A stretch of DNA of 64,000 bases from Leptolyngbyaceae cyanobacterium (lineage in GTDB: Bacteria > Cyanobacteriota > Cyanobacteriia > Phormidesmidales > Phormidesmidaceae): contig CBDHHL010000032.1 of NCBI GenBank assembly GCA_965263355.1, forward strand, positions 576,001 to 640,000, read 5' to 3'. Shown here piece by piece: positions 30,613-40,663 of the stretch. The translations under genes and the position numbers were made by a program. Numbering within the stretch: the stretch's first letter is position 1; each line of letters opens with the position of its first letter. Under the pieces are notes generated by a model that had not been told where the DNA came from, did no database searches, and saw only the letters and a program-made list of their open reading frames with translations.

Positions 30613-30750
30613 ACAGCACATATAGCGCTGAGAATGACCCCAACAATTGTTAATACTCTAAATATGCTCTAACGCATGGTCATAAAGCCTAGCACCCCTA
30701 ACCCAAAAAATCTAGCGTCGCACCGTCGGCGAAAACGCTAGATGTAGTGA
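30613..30750. promoter_or_regulatory. Putative NrdR boxes upstream of nrdJ
   Basis: ACGCTAGATGTAGTGA (30735-30750) and CCAAAAAATCTAGCGT (30703-30718), 32 bp apart, plus ACAGCACATATAGCGC (30613-30628). All resemble the acaCwAtATaTwGtgt consensus. Confidence 0.6.
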
Positions 30751-31249
30751 TTTTTCAAGTTAATTAGAACGATTTTTGTGATTATGAGAACTAAACACGA
30801 CAAAAATCAGTCAGTTTCAACCAGCGAACTGATTGCTCCAATGCAATGACCGGCGCATGGGGGAGACATACCGTGGTCATATGATTATTATCAAGATAGG
30901 TGCATACACTTAATCACAAACCTAAGTTCAATCTCTTTACATCTCAATCAAAACCCAGGCCCATAGCATTGAGTTTTGGTTTCATGCTGAAGAAGTTAGA
31001 AACTTAAAACGGTCAAATAGCTTTAATCAACAAAGCTATGGCTAGATTGATCCGTCAGGTACAGATTAAGTTAACTGTAAACAAGCATGTAGTGATCAAC
31101 ACCTAAATCATGATTAGCCTGCTTAATGCTAGGGTTGGCGTGGTTCTGGTGGGTAGCAACGGTTCCCTATCTTACGATTGGTTAATTCCTGTTTAGGAGT
31201 TTGCTTAAATTAGTTCGACTTCTCTGTATCAAAGCTTTAAATCTACCAG

Positions 31250-32272
31250 TTGCCCATGAGCCATCCACTAGTGTTGTCCTCTCGAACCATAGAGACAGTG
31301 CAACGGCCATGTGATTTTACAATCGCTATTTGTACCTACAACGGTGCTCACCGTATTCCAGCTGTTCTTGACCGACTACAGCGTCAGCTTGATGTTCAGA
31401 AGCTGTGCTGGGAAGTTTTTGTAATTGACAATAATAGCAGCGATGCCACAGCAGCAGTTGTCAAACGATATCAGCAGAACTGGCCATCTGATATTCCCCT
31501 GCGATATCACTTTGAAAAACGTCAAGGAGCTGCCTACGCTCGTCAGTTGGCTATGGAAAAAGCCAAAAGCGAGCTGGTCGGATTTTTAGACGATGATAAT
31601 TTACCCGCCGATAACTGGGTAGCCACAGCCTATCAGTTTGGGTGTACTCATCCTCATGTTGGAGCCTACGGTAGTCAAATCCATGGTCAATTTGAAGGAG
31701 CACTCCCTGAGGATTTTCATCGAATTCAGTCGTTTTTTGCCTTGACCCAGCGTGGTGAAAAGGCCCATGTCTATCAGCCTCGCCAGCGCGTATTGCCCCC
31801 ATCAGCAGGGCTAGTGGTACGACGCCAAGCTTGGTTAAACAATGTGCCAGGACAACTAATCTTAACAGGCCCCCATGATGAAAAAAGGCTTGCAGGCGAA
31901 GATCTAGAAGCCATCGCCTACATTCGTCGAGGCAATTGGGAAATTTGGCACAATCCAGCTATGAAGGTTTGTCATCAGATTCCCGCCCGTCGGTTACATC
32001 GAAGCTACTTATTATCCTTTTTCCGAGGCATTGGCCTTAGCCGTCATGTAACTCGCATGATCAATATGCCCCTCTGGCAAAGACCCTTAATGTTCTGGAT
32101 TTACGTTGCTAACGATTTGCGTAAAGCACTGCATCATGTAGTGCTCTATCGTGGACTGCTCAAGACACAAATCGTTCCAGCCTGTGAACTTCAGTTGTAT
32201 ATCTACAGTTTGATCAGTCCGCTTTATATTTGGTGGTTACTATTGCTAAGAGGATTAAAAAAGAAGTCTTGA
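31250..32272 (+). CDS. hpsE: HpsE-like GT2 glycosyltransferase (hormogonium polysaccharide)
   Basis: DFTIAICTYNGA, QGAAYARQ, FLDDDNLP, LPPSAGLVVR and GIGLSRHVTRM; lies near hpsA-D. Confidence 0.8.
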   Translation: MPMSHPLVLSSRTIETVQRPCDFTIAICTYNGAHRIPAVLDRLQRQLDVQKLCWEVFVIDNNSSDATAAVVKRYQQNWPSDIPLRYHFEKRQGAAYARQLAMEKAKSELVGFLDDDNLPADNWVATAYQFGCTHPHVGAYGSQIHGQFEGALPEDFHRIQSFFALTQRGEKAHVYQPRQRVLPPSAGLVVRRQAWLNNVPGQLILTGPHDEKRLAGEDLEAIAYIRRGNWEIWHNPAMKVCHQIPARRLHRSYLLSFFRGIGLSRHVTRMINMPLWQRPLMFWIYVANDLRKALHHVVLYRGLLKTQIVPACELQLYIYSLISPLYIWWLLLLRGLKKKS

Positions 32273-32374
32273 AGTATTAACTCCGACCAGTATTTTGGGA
32301 ATATAGATCCTTAGAATCTATGTGTACTGTTTAGCAGTTGCCTGCTTCAACCAAAAATCCATAGCAGTGAATAT

Positions 32375-33352
32375 ATGAATTTTTTTAGCGCTGCGCTCGT
32401 ATTGCCAGTCCGAAATCGAAAAGCTTATACATCAGCGATTTTGCAACAGCTAAGTTGTCAAATCACAGACACAACCGATGCCCAAACCATTGATGTTGTT
32501 GTGGTTGATGATGGGTCTACAGATGGCACGGTTGAACTGATTACTAATAACTTTGGGGATGTGCACTTAGTTAAAGGGGATGGCAATTTATGGTGGACCG
32601 GTGCAATCTCCACTGGCATGGATTACATTCAAAAGCATCTACACACAGACTATATCGTTTGGCTAAATGATGACATTACCCTAGCTGATGATTTCATACC
32701 TCAGCTCATCCAGGTATGTCAGAGGAATCTACACAAAAAAGTAATCACTGGCGGCATCGTTTGCGATCAATCTCACCCAGACTGGATCGTTTTTGGCGGG
32801 GTGATCGCCAGCCGCCCTATTAACAACATGCAGCAATTTAGCCAGACAACCACCCTCCAGGTAGATGCCTTAAATGGCAATATTGCCGTCCTACCAACTC
32901 AATTGATCTCAGGCATTGGCTTACCCAATGTAGAACGCTTTCGTCACTATGGAGGCGACTACGAATACATTTGTCGAGCTAAAGAAGCAGGTTATAAAGT
33001 ACAGCTATCTAGCCAACTAAAAGCAACCACCGATTGGCAGCCCAATGATGTCATTCGCTACATGCCCCTATGGATTCAGTGGTACATCAGCCGCTCTCCT
33101 GCCAGTAAACTCGCTGTTCTAAAAAGTTTGACCAATCGCAAATCCCCCCACAATGTAGAACATATGGTCAACAGCATGCACCGACAATCAAGCCAGGTTT
33201 CACGCTGGACCTATAGCCTTTTTCACATCAAAAAACTCATCAAACTGATCGGCAGCGAATTTATTCCCCCATCGATACGCCGCAAACATATCGAAGCGTA
33301 TTTCCAAAACCACAACGTACCCCAAGATGTGGTGCAGTCTGTCTTAAGGTAA
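32375..33352 (+). CDS. GT2 glycosyltransferase
   Basis: VVVDDGSTDGT, GDGNLWW, WLNDD and HYGGD. Confidence 0.88.
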   Translation: MNFFSAALVLPVRNRKAYTSAILQQLSCQITDTTDAQTIDVVVVDDGSTDGTVELITNNFGDVHLVKGDGNLWWTGAISTGMDYIQKHLHTDYIVWLNDDITLADDFIPQLIQVCQRNLHKKVITGGIVCDQSHPDWIVFGGVIASRPINNMQQFSQTTTLQVDALNGNIAVLPTQLISGIGLPNVERFRHYGGDYEYICRAKEAGYKVQLSSQLKATTDWQPNDVIRYMPLWIQWYISRSPASKLAVLKSLTNRKSPHNVEHMVNSMHRQSSQVSRWTYSLFHIKKLIKLIGSEFIPPSIRRKHIEAYFQNHNVPQDVVQSVLR

Positions 33353-33361
33353 CTAAATTCA

Positions 33362-34606
33362 ATGAAAGTCCTGCATCTCAGCACATCGGATGCCAACGGA
33401 GGAGCCGCCCGTGGTGCCTACTGGCTACACACAGCCCTCAAACAAGCTGGTGTCGATTCCCACATGCTCGTCGCTGAGAAGTACACCAACGACAACACAG
33501 TCATTGGACCAAACAACATTACTGGCGGGCAAAAGATTCTCAACGGGATCCGTCAAACCGTTGAATATTGGCCCCTCAAACGTTACCCCCAAAAATCACC
33601 TGGTCTATTTTCCCCAGCTATCTACCCCCATCCTGTTATTAAACGAATCAAGCAAATCAAGCCAGACATCATCAACCTACATTGGGTAGGACTCGGACTA
33701 CTCCGACCAGAACACTTACAAACATTTACCCAACCCATCGTATGGACGTTGCGAGATATGTGGAGTTTTACCGGTGGCTGCTGTTATACCGAAGGCTGTA
33801 CTCGCTATCAACAGCAGTGTGGCAGCTGTCCTATATTGGGCTCCAACCGAGAGAATGACCTATCTAGAAAAGTTTGGCAGCGTAAATACCGTGCTTGGCA
33901 AAACCTCAATCTCACCCTGGTACCCATTAGCCACTGGCTTGCGGACTGTGCCAGTAAAAGTTCCTTGTTACATCACTATCCAGCACGAGTCATTCCCAAT
34001 GCCGTAGATACGCATATCTTCCGCCCCATTGACAAACATGTTGCCCGTGACATCCTGCAACTACCTCAACACGATAAGCTAATCCTTTTTGGCGCATTAA
34101 GTGCCACCACCGATAAGCGCAAGGGATTTGACCATTTGACAGCGGCGCTCAACCAACTTGAAACCAATGAGTCCTTACCCCTTAGAGCCGTTATCTTCGG
34201 AACCGATACCCTTTCACCCTCTATGAAACCCCATATTCCCCATACGGTATTGGGACGCTTAAACGATGACACCACCCTAGCATTAGCCTATTCAGCCGCC
34301 GATGTTATGGTCGTACCGTCGGTTCAAGAAGCCTTCGGCAAAACTGCCATAGAAGCCATGGCCTGCGGCACCCCTGTTGTATCCTTTGATGCCACAGGCT
34401 TACGAGACATTGTTGAACACCAAGGTACTGGCTATCGAGCCGCATGCTTCAATGATAAAGACCTAGCTAAAGGTATTATGTGGGCCCTTGAAAATCCAGA
34501 AAGAAATAAAAAGCTTTCTGAAAATGCACGCAAGCGAGTCGAAACATTCTTTTCTTTTTCGGTTCAAGCCAATAGCTACATTGATTTATATAGAAATCTC
34601 CAGTGA
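33362..34606 (+). CDS. GT4 glycosyltransferase (WcaC-like)
   Basis: GGAARGA, WTLRDMWSFTGGC and EAFGKTAIEAMACGTP. Confidence 0.9.
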   Translation: MKVLHLSTSDANGGAARGAYWLHTALKQAGVDSHMLVAEKYTNDNTVIGPNNITGGQKILNGIRQTVEYWPLKRYPQKSPGLFSPAIYPHPVIKRIKQIKPDIINLHWVGLGLLRPEHLQTFTQPIVWTLRDMWSFTGGCCYTEGCTRYQQQCGSCPILGSNRENDLSRKVWQRKYRAWQNLNLTLVPISHWLADCASKSSLLHHYPARVIPNAVDTHIFRPIDKHVARDILQLPQHDKLILFGALSATTDKRKGFDHLTAALNQLETNESLPLRAVIFGTDTLSPSMKPHIPHTVLGRLNDDTTLALAYSAADVMVVPSVQEAFGKTAIEAMACGTPVVSFDATGLRDIVEHQGTGYRAACFNDKDLAKGIMWALENPERNKKLSENARKRVETFFSFSVQANSYIDLYRNLQ

Positions 34607-34616
34607 GCGAGACAAT

Positions 34617-35435
34617 CTAAGCCCAACTAAACTTTTGAGATAATAAATCACATAGTTCTTGGTTATGTGCCTTAAAATAAGCGTTTAATTTATCTTTTGT
34701 CTGGCCTGACACAGGTGAGTATTTATTCACATTATACTTCTTGAAATTTATATTTTTCCAGTCTTCAAGGCCCAAGAAATCTAGGATCTCCTTAAATGCA
34801 AATAAAGTATTGCTGTAGAAGTATTCAGCTTCCATAATTAAAAACCGCTCTCTCGGAAAGAATTCAAACCATCGTTGAATTTGTTCCGCATAATGACCAC
34901 GATTTAAATATGAAAAGTGCATATACTGAAAACTATTATAGTTTTCTAGATTTATTATCTTCTCTTTTTCACCTGCTAGCCTCTGTGCCTCAGCTTCAAT
35001 AGCTTCTTCAAATGTTTCTAATGGTTCAAACCCACGTTTTCGCTCATGCTGATAATGCGAATAAGCTCGATCAATTGGGTTCTTCAATAAAACAATGAAT
35101 CGGGCTTTTGGGCATGTATTAAAGATACGTTCTGGCACTAAAGGATGAAACAAATAATAGGGAGTAGCCTCACCATATAAAAAGCTTTTGCCTTGGAAAA
35201 TCTTAGCTTTATATTTTGGAAGAAACGTTGGAAAATGCTCACGATACCAATCAGTACCATTAAAAAAGTTTTCATCAAAGAAATGGACTTCTTTAATTAA
35301 AGGGGTTCTAATGTAGGGATGTGCACTCAGGTAATGATGCAAGGAAGTAGTGCCTGATTTCTGAGCGCCTATAATAAAAAAGTCTGGCAGTAATCGGAAA
35401 AAATTCAACCATCCTAAATCCTTATTTTTTTCCAT
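34617..35435 (-). CDS. PAPS-dependent sulfotransferase
   Basis: PDFFIIGAQKSGTTSL (5'-PSB loop), GEATPYY and NPIDRAYS. Confidence 0.9.
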   Translation of the reverse strand: MEKNKDLGWLNFFRLLPDFFIIGAQKSGTTSLHHYLSAHPYIRTPLIKEVHFFDENFFNGTDWYREHFPTFLPKYKAKIFQGKSFLYGEATPYYLFHPLVPERIFNTCPKARFIVLLKNPIDRAYSHYQHERKRGFEPLETFEEAIEAEAQRLAGEKEKIINLENYNSFQYMHFSYLNRGHYAEQIQRWFEFFPRERFLIMEAEYFYSNTLFAFKEILDFLGLEDWKNINFKKYNVNKYSPVSGQTKDKLNAYFKAHNQELCDLLSQKFSWA

Positions 35436-35510
35436 TTTTTATTTTATTTCTCTCTCAAAAATCAGAGTATCCAGTCTTTATATCCAGTCTTTAAATAAAA
35501 TAAATCACAC

Positions 35511-36413
35511 TCAAATCAAACTTAGCTTGATCACCTTGCTTCTCAATTTAGCCAGCATTCCTCCTGGTGATGCCTTAAAAGCTCTTAAAAGCATCGAGAA
35601 ATAAAAGGGAATATTTTTTTCTTTCTGCCATAGCTCACGGGCAATAATCAAGGCCCAATCTCTCCTGATCTCTCCTTCTAAGTCCTTATAGTTTTGACCA
35701 AGAGACGTCGAAAAAAATATGTCCAAGGTTAGAAAAACGTACTTAGCCCAAGTTTTATAATCTGAGGAAATATTACTATCATGCATTACTCTTGTAACCA
35801 AACATTGAGGTATATGAATGACATTTCCAACATCTAAAAGTCGTATGTACAATTCTCTATCGTGACAAATATCCAACATTTCATTGAGCAATCCAGCTTT
35901 ACGAAGCGCAGACGTACGTACTATAACTACTGACATTGTAAAAATAAAAACATCTGCTAGAGAGCGATGAATTAAATCTCGATATTTTTTTGTGGCTTTG
36001 TAGCGTATGTAGTGCTCAACACTAGTTTCTTTGTTGACTTCTCTATGGTCGCAAAAAGCAAAGCTACTGCTGGAATCTTTTGATAACGAATTAACCAGTT
36101 TATCTACATAATCAAGATTCCAATAATCATCAGAGTCTAAAAATGCAATATACTCTCCCGTAGCAGCTTTTATCCCTACATTACGAGCCCCAGCAGCACC
36201 GCAATTTTCTTTCAGGCTAATTAATTTAACAGTTGGATAGTTTTCTCCTATCCAACCAGAAGTTCCATCTGTGGAACAATCATCGACCACTATTAGCTCA
36301 ATGTTGGGATAAGTCTGCCCTAAAACGCCGTCTAATGCAGGTTTCAGTAAGTGTTTACGGTTATAGGTTGGAATAATAGCGGAAACCTTAGGGAGGGACA
36401 CAGGTGGCTTCAT
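35511..36413 (-). CDS. GT2 glycosyltransferase
   Basis: SAIIPTYNR, VVDDCSTD, GAAGARN and AFLDSDD. Confidence 0.9.
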   Translation of the reverse strand: MKPPVSLPKVSAIIPTYNRKHLLKPALDGVLGQTYPNIELIVVDDCSTDGTSGWIGENYPTVKLISLKENCGAAGARNVGIKAATGEYIAFLDSDDYWNLDYVDKLVNSLSKDSSSSFAFCDHREVNKETSVEHYIRYKATKKYRDLIHRSLADVFIFTMSVVIVRTSALRKAGLLNEMLDICHDRELYIRLLDVGNVIHIPQCLVTRVMHDSNISSDYKTWAKYVFLTLDIFFSTSLGQNYKDLEGEIRRDWALIIARELWQKEKNIPFYFSMLLRAFKASPGGMLAKLRSKVIKLSLI

Positions 36414-36682
36414 AGTTGAATTGCGAGCTGAAGAGCTGAAATTATGATCGCATTTATGCTTCAAGGTTCCCAGATATGAAAAATAATTCCCAAATTAAGA
36501 AGTTTACATCCAATAGATAATCGCCAATTGTGAAATAGTTAATGTATTCAAAAATCCTAATACTGAAAAATCCTAGTGCTGACCTAGATTGGTTTCACGC
36601 ATAAGATGAATGGGCAAATTATTGATAACAATCAGATATACAGTAGGTATTTACTTAGTAGTTACAGGATGGGATATAGAAA

Positions 36683-37537
36683 ATGGTGCTTAAATATCGA
36701 TATTTTATTGTTGGATGCCCTCGTTCCGGGACTACTCTATTGCAAAGCTTACTAGCATCTCATTCAACAGTTAACTCTTTTCCAGAATCACATTTTTTCT
36801 GCAACTTATTTGGAGACTACGAGCCAAAACGACGTATGTTAGGCATCGCATCCAGACGAATCTATCCGAGAATCCAAGAATTCTTAAAAGAATTAGGTCA
36901 AGAAAATCAAAATAATTACTTACCTAGAAATTTAATATTTGCCAATCAATACACTAGTTTTTTTATCCATCTTTTAGACAGATTAACAATAGAAAAAAGC
37001 AAAAAAATATGGATAGAAAAAACACCTCCACACCTTCACTACATAGATTATATTGAGCAGAAGGTTGTCGGCGCTTGCTTTATACATATTGTTCGTAATG
37101 GTGCAGATGTAGCCGCATCAATCTATGATTTAAGAAATAGGTACCCTAGTATATGGGATGGCAATAAGAATCAGATTTCAGATTGTATAAATCGATGGAT
37201 CGAAGATTTTAAAATCACTCTTAAACATATTGAAAAACCAAACCACTACTGTATTAGATACGAAAATTTGATTACTAATACAGAATCAGAACTCGTAAAG
37301 TTATGTCAGTTTATGAAGCTACAATTTGAGCCCAAAATGCTGACTGGATACTCCTATCAAGCTAAAAAAGTTAGCTTAAGTAAGGAGACATGGAAAGAAT
37401 CCGTAGGAGAAAAAATTCAGAACAAACAGCAACAGAAATTCAAAGAGGTTTTAAGTTTAGCAGAGCAGAAATATTTGCTCCAGCAACTGAAGGAATGGAA
37501 TCTCGATGAGTTTTTTACGTCTGATAGGTTAGCTTAA
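36683..37537 (+). CDS. PAPS-dependent sulfotransferase (Sulfotransfer_3-like)
   Basis: FIVGCPRSGTTLL, WIEKTP, HIVRNGADVAAS and IRYENL. Confidence 0.9.
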   Translation: MVLKYRYFIVGCPRSGTTLLQSLLASHSTVNSFPESHFFCNLFGDYEPKRRMLGIASRRIYPRIQEFLKELGQENQNNYLPRNLIFANQYTSFFIHLLDRLTIEKSKKIWIEKTPPHLHYIDYIEQKVVGACFIHIVRNGADVAASIYDLRNRYPSIWDGNKNQISDCINRWIEDFKITLKHIEKPNHYCIRYENLITNTESELVKLCQFMKLQFEPKMLTGYSYQAKKVSLSKETWKESVGEKIQNKQQQKFKEVLSLAEQKYLLQQLKEWNLDEFFTSDRLA

Positions 37538-37657
37538 TTTTACTTATTGGTGACAATAGACCGAACCTTTGATGTTGGGTCATCACCTCTTGTAGCTGAT
37601 AGGTGTTTACCAATAAAAATTAGCAAAGTACCCAATACGTCGCATATTCGTAAGCTG

Positions 37658-39646
37658 ATGGCAACCATGCTCGAGAAAGGAAATATCAGTATCCATACTG
37701 AAAACATTTTCCCCATCATCAAAAAATGGCTCTATTCCGACCATGAAATTTTTCTGCGGGAGCTAATTTCAAACTCGGTAGACGCTATTAGTAAGCTCAA
37801 CATGGTATCCCGCAGTTCAGACTTCAGTGGTGACGTCGGCGATCCCGAAATTTCTATCGCCATTGATAAAGATGCCAAAACCCTTAGCATTACTGACAAC
37901 GGCATCGGTATGACCGCTGATGAGGTCAAGAAATACATTAACCAGGTAGCCTTTTCCAGTGCTGAAGAATTTGTCTCAAAATTCAAGGACAGTGCTGATC
38001 AGAATATAATTGGCCACTTTGGTTTAGGCTTCTATTCTTCATTTATGGTGTCTGACCAGGTAGAAATTGACACCCTGTCTTATCAGGAAGGAGCCACCCC
38101 CGTTCACTGGAGCTGTGACGGAACCACCACCTTTGAACTGAGTGATTCTGACCGGGCAGAACGGGGAACTACGATTACTCTGCATCTAATGGAAGAAGAA
38201 GCAGAATATCTAGAAAAATCCCGTATTCAGCAGTTGATCAAGACTTACTGCGACTTTATGCCCGTCCCCATCAAACTGGAGGATGAAGTCGCCAATAAGC
38301 AAAATGCGCCCTGGAAGCAGTCCCCTAGCAGTCTTAGTGATGACGACTATCTAGAACTTTATCGCTATCTCTATCCCTTCCAGGAAGATCCGCTGCTATG
38401 GGTTCACCTAAATACGGACTATCCCTTTGTCGTCAACGGAATTCTCTATTTTCCCAAGCTAAAACCCGATGTTGATGTCACCAAAGGCCAAATCAAACTG
38501 TTCTGTAATCAGGTTTTTGTCAGCGATAACTGTGAAGAAATTATTCCCCAGTTTTTGCTACCCCTACGTGGTGTCGTAGACAGTAGCGATATTCCCCTAA
38601 ACGTATCTCGCAGCTTTCTGCAGAATGATCGCACTGTTCGACGCATCGCTGATTACATCGCTAAGAAAGTTGGTGACCGCCTCAAGGAACTCTATCGCAC
38701 CGATAAAGCTAAATATATTGAGTGTTGGCAAGACTTAGGTACCTTTGTTAAATTCGGTTCCTTAAACAACGATAAGTTCAAGCAGCAGATCACTGACTTT
38801 GTCATTTTCCGGACCACCGCAGAATTAGAGAGCAGCAGCGACCAGCCAAAAGTAGAAGTACAGGCGGCAGAGGAGGATGCCTGGCAATCTGCCGATGGTG
38901 AAAATGCGGCAGCTGTGGATTCCGATGGCAATGCCTACACCACCCTCAAGGAATATCTAGAACGGAATAAAGAGAAGCACGAAAATCGAGTTTTCTATGC
39001 GACCGATGATGTTGCCCAGGCCACATACATTGATTTGCATAAACGTCAAGGACTAGAGGTTCTATATCTTGACTCATTTATCGATACTCATTTTGTACCG
39101 TTTTTGGAACGGGAATATTCTGATGTCAAGTTCTCCCGCGTCGACTCTGACTTGGATGAAACACTGATAGACGAGTCGGCCAGTAGCAGTGACATTGTTG
39201 ACCCAACTACTAATAAAACTAAGTCAGAACGTGTGAAGGAGCTATTTGAGCAAGCTCTGGATAAGCCAAAGGTAACCATTCGTACCGATGCCTTAAAATC
39301 TGACGATGCCCAGGGTGCTCCCCCTGCCATTGTGCTGTTACCCGAGGAAATGCGGCGCATGCAAGAAATGATGGCCATGATGCAGCAACAAACTGCAAAA
39401 TTCCCAGAGGAACATACATTATTGGTCAATACGGCCCATCCTCTAATTCAAAACCTGCTTGACATTAGCCAGGGAGCCATCGTTCAGACAGGTGGTGGTG
39501 AATCTCCATCAGCGTCTATGGCAAATATGATTTGTCAACATGTGTACGACCTAGCTTTGATGGCTCAAAAAGGCTTTGATGCCGATGGCATGAAGTCCTT
39601 TGTAGAGCGATCAAATAGTCTGCTGACAGGTTTAACAAAAGCGTAG
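37658..39646 (+). CDS. htpG: Molecular chaperone HtpG (Hsp90)
   Basis: LYSDHEIFLRELISN, DNGIGMT, IGHFGLGFYS and PLNVSR. Confidence 0.96.
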   Translation: MATMLEKGNISIHTENIFPIIKKWLYSDHEIFLRELISNSVDAISKLNMVSRSSDFSGDVGDPEISIAIDKDAKTLSITDNGIGMTADEVKKYINQVAFSSAEEFVSKFKDSADQNIIGHFGLGFYSSFMVSDQVEIDTLSYQEGATPVHWSCDGTTTFELSDSDRAERGTTITLHLMEEEAEYLEKSRIQQLIKTYCDFMPVPIKLEDEVANKQNAPWKQSPSSLSDDDYLELYRYLYPFQEDPLLWVHLNTDYPFVVNGILYFPKLKPDVDVTKGQIKLFCNQVFVSDNCEEIIPQFLLPLRGVVDSSDIPLNVSRSFLQNDRTVRRIADYIAKKVGDRLKELYRTDKAKYIECWQDLGTFVKFGSLNNDKFKQQITDFVIFRTTAELESSSDQPKVEVQAAEEDAWQSADGENAAAVDSDGNAYTTLKEYLERNKEKHENRVFYATDDVAQATYIDLHKRQGLEVLYLDSFIDTHFVPFLEREYSDVKFSRVDSDLDETLIDESASSSDIVDPTTNKTKSERVKELFEQALDKPKVTIRTDALKSDDAQGAPPAIVLLPEEMRRMQEMMAMMQQQTAKFPEEHTLLVNTAHPLIQNLLDISQGAIVQTGGGESPSASMANMICQHVYDLALMAQKGFDADGMKSFVERSNSLLTGLTKA

Positions 39647-39720
39647 GTAAGGTGTTTTTTCAAAAAAGCTATATCGGTTGCAGGCCTCTCCACCTCCTAA
39701 TCTTGGAGTGATAAGGATTT

Positions 39721-39744
39721 AAAGCCTCCAGATTTGGAGGCTTT
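39721..39744 (+). terminator. Putative intrinsic terminator after htpG
   Basis: AAAGCCTCCA-GATT-TGGAGGCTTT followed by T. Confidence 0.55.
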
Positions 39745-39951
39745 TGGACAAGAGTAACTGATAGCCTTTTTCCTAGAAATCTCCTTAATTGCTAGTTAAT
39801 TGCTAGAAAATTCAATTAATTTGCAGCTGATTAGTTCTTTGAATCGTAGAAGGGCTAATCAGCTTAATTGCTTGTAGACCTTAATTTTTAAGGGTTGATT
39901 TGTATAAAGTGCTTATGTAATAGTAGTGAATTGTATTCTAAGGACCACGCC

Positions 39952-40188
39952 ATGAGCCGCAGATGCGATCTGACTAACAAAAAGGCTAACAATGCCTTTG
40001 CTGTTTCCCACTCCCATAGACGTACTAAGCGTTTACAACAGGCTAATCTTCAAGACAAACGAGTTTGGTGGCCCACAGGCAAACGCTGGGTAAAGCTTCG
40101 TTTATCAACTAAAGCTATTAAAACCCTTGAGAAGAAAGGAATTGAAGCAATGGCTCGTGAAGCAGGTATTGATTTAAGCAAGTATTAA
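39952..40188 (+). CDS. rpmB: 50S ribosomal protein L28
   Basis: [29 protein letters not shown]. Confidence 0.97.
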   Translation: MSRRCDLTNKKANNAFAVSHSHRRTKRLQQANLQDKRVWWPTGKRWVKLRLSTKAIKTLEKKGIEAMAREAGIDLSKY

Positions 40189-40307
40189 GCAGCCGCTCAT
40201 ATCGATCAGCTAGCTTATTGGTAGTCAACGTTTGATTCAAGCCTCATGGCCTTATTACGTTTGTCTACTGTCATTGCGAAACTTAAAGTTTTGGTATATT
40301 CACTGAT

Positions 40308-40339
40308 AAAACCTCTGGCTAAATAGCGCAGAGGTTTTA
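40308..40339 (+). terminator. Putative terminator hairpin after rpmB
   Basis: AAACCTCTG...CAGAGGTTTT stem. Confidence 0.5.
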
Positions 40340-40663
40340 GTGTATGCAACAACGGTTAAATACCTGAACCCCTTATGTTGAGGTCAATAATGATTAGCAA
40401 AAATGCATTGGCTCTCCGTTTTGATGACTGCCTGATCGTTTTGCTACAACGAATGGGTAAGTTCATTATCGAATAGTAAGGCATTATTACGATTACTATT
40501 TAAGTAGATGTTGCGCAAAATAATTATGGGGCGTATGATTCTTGCCACCTTAATCTGCGCTGTTCCCTCAAAGACCTAAACATTTAGCCCTGACGGGTTA
40601 TGTATCTATAGCTAGAGTGGTGTTAATTACACCAGCACTACTGCTCGTTTTTAGAAATCAGTA

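Noticed and set aside
30532..31249. Cobalamin riboswitch upstream of the B12-dependent nrdJ
   Set aside because: I could not recognise a B12-box or GGGAA core on the minus strand; an Infernal search would be needed to exclude it.
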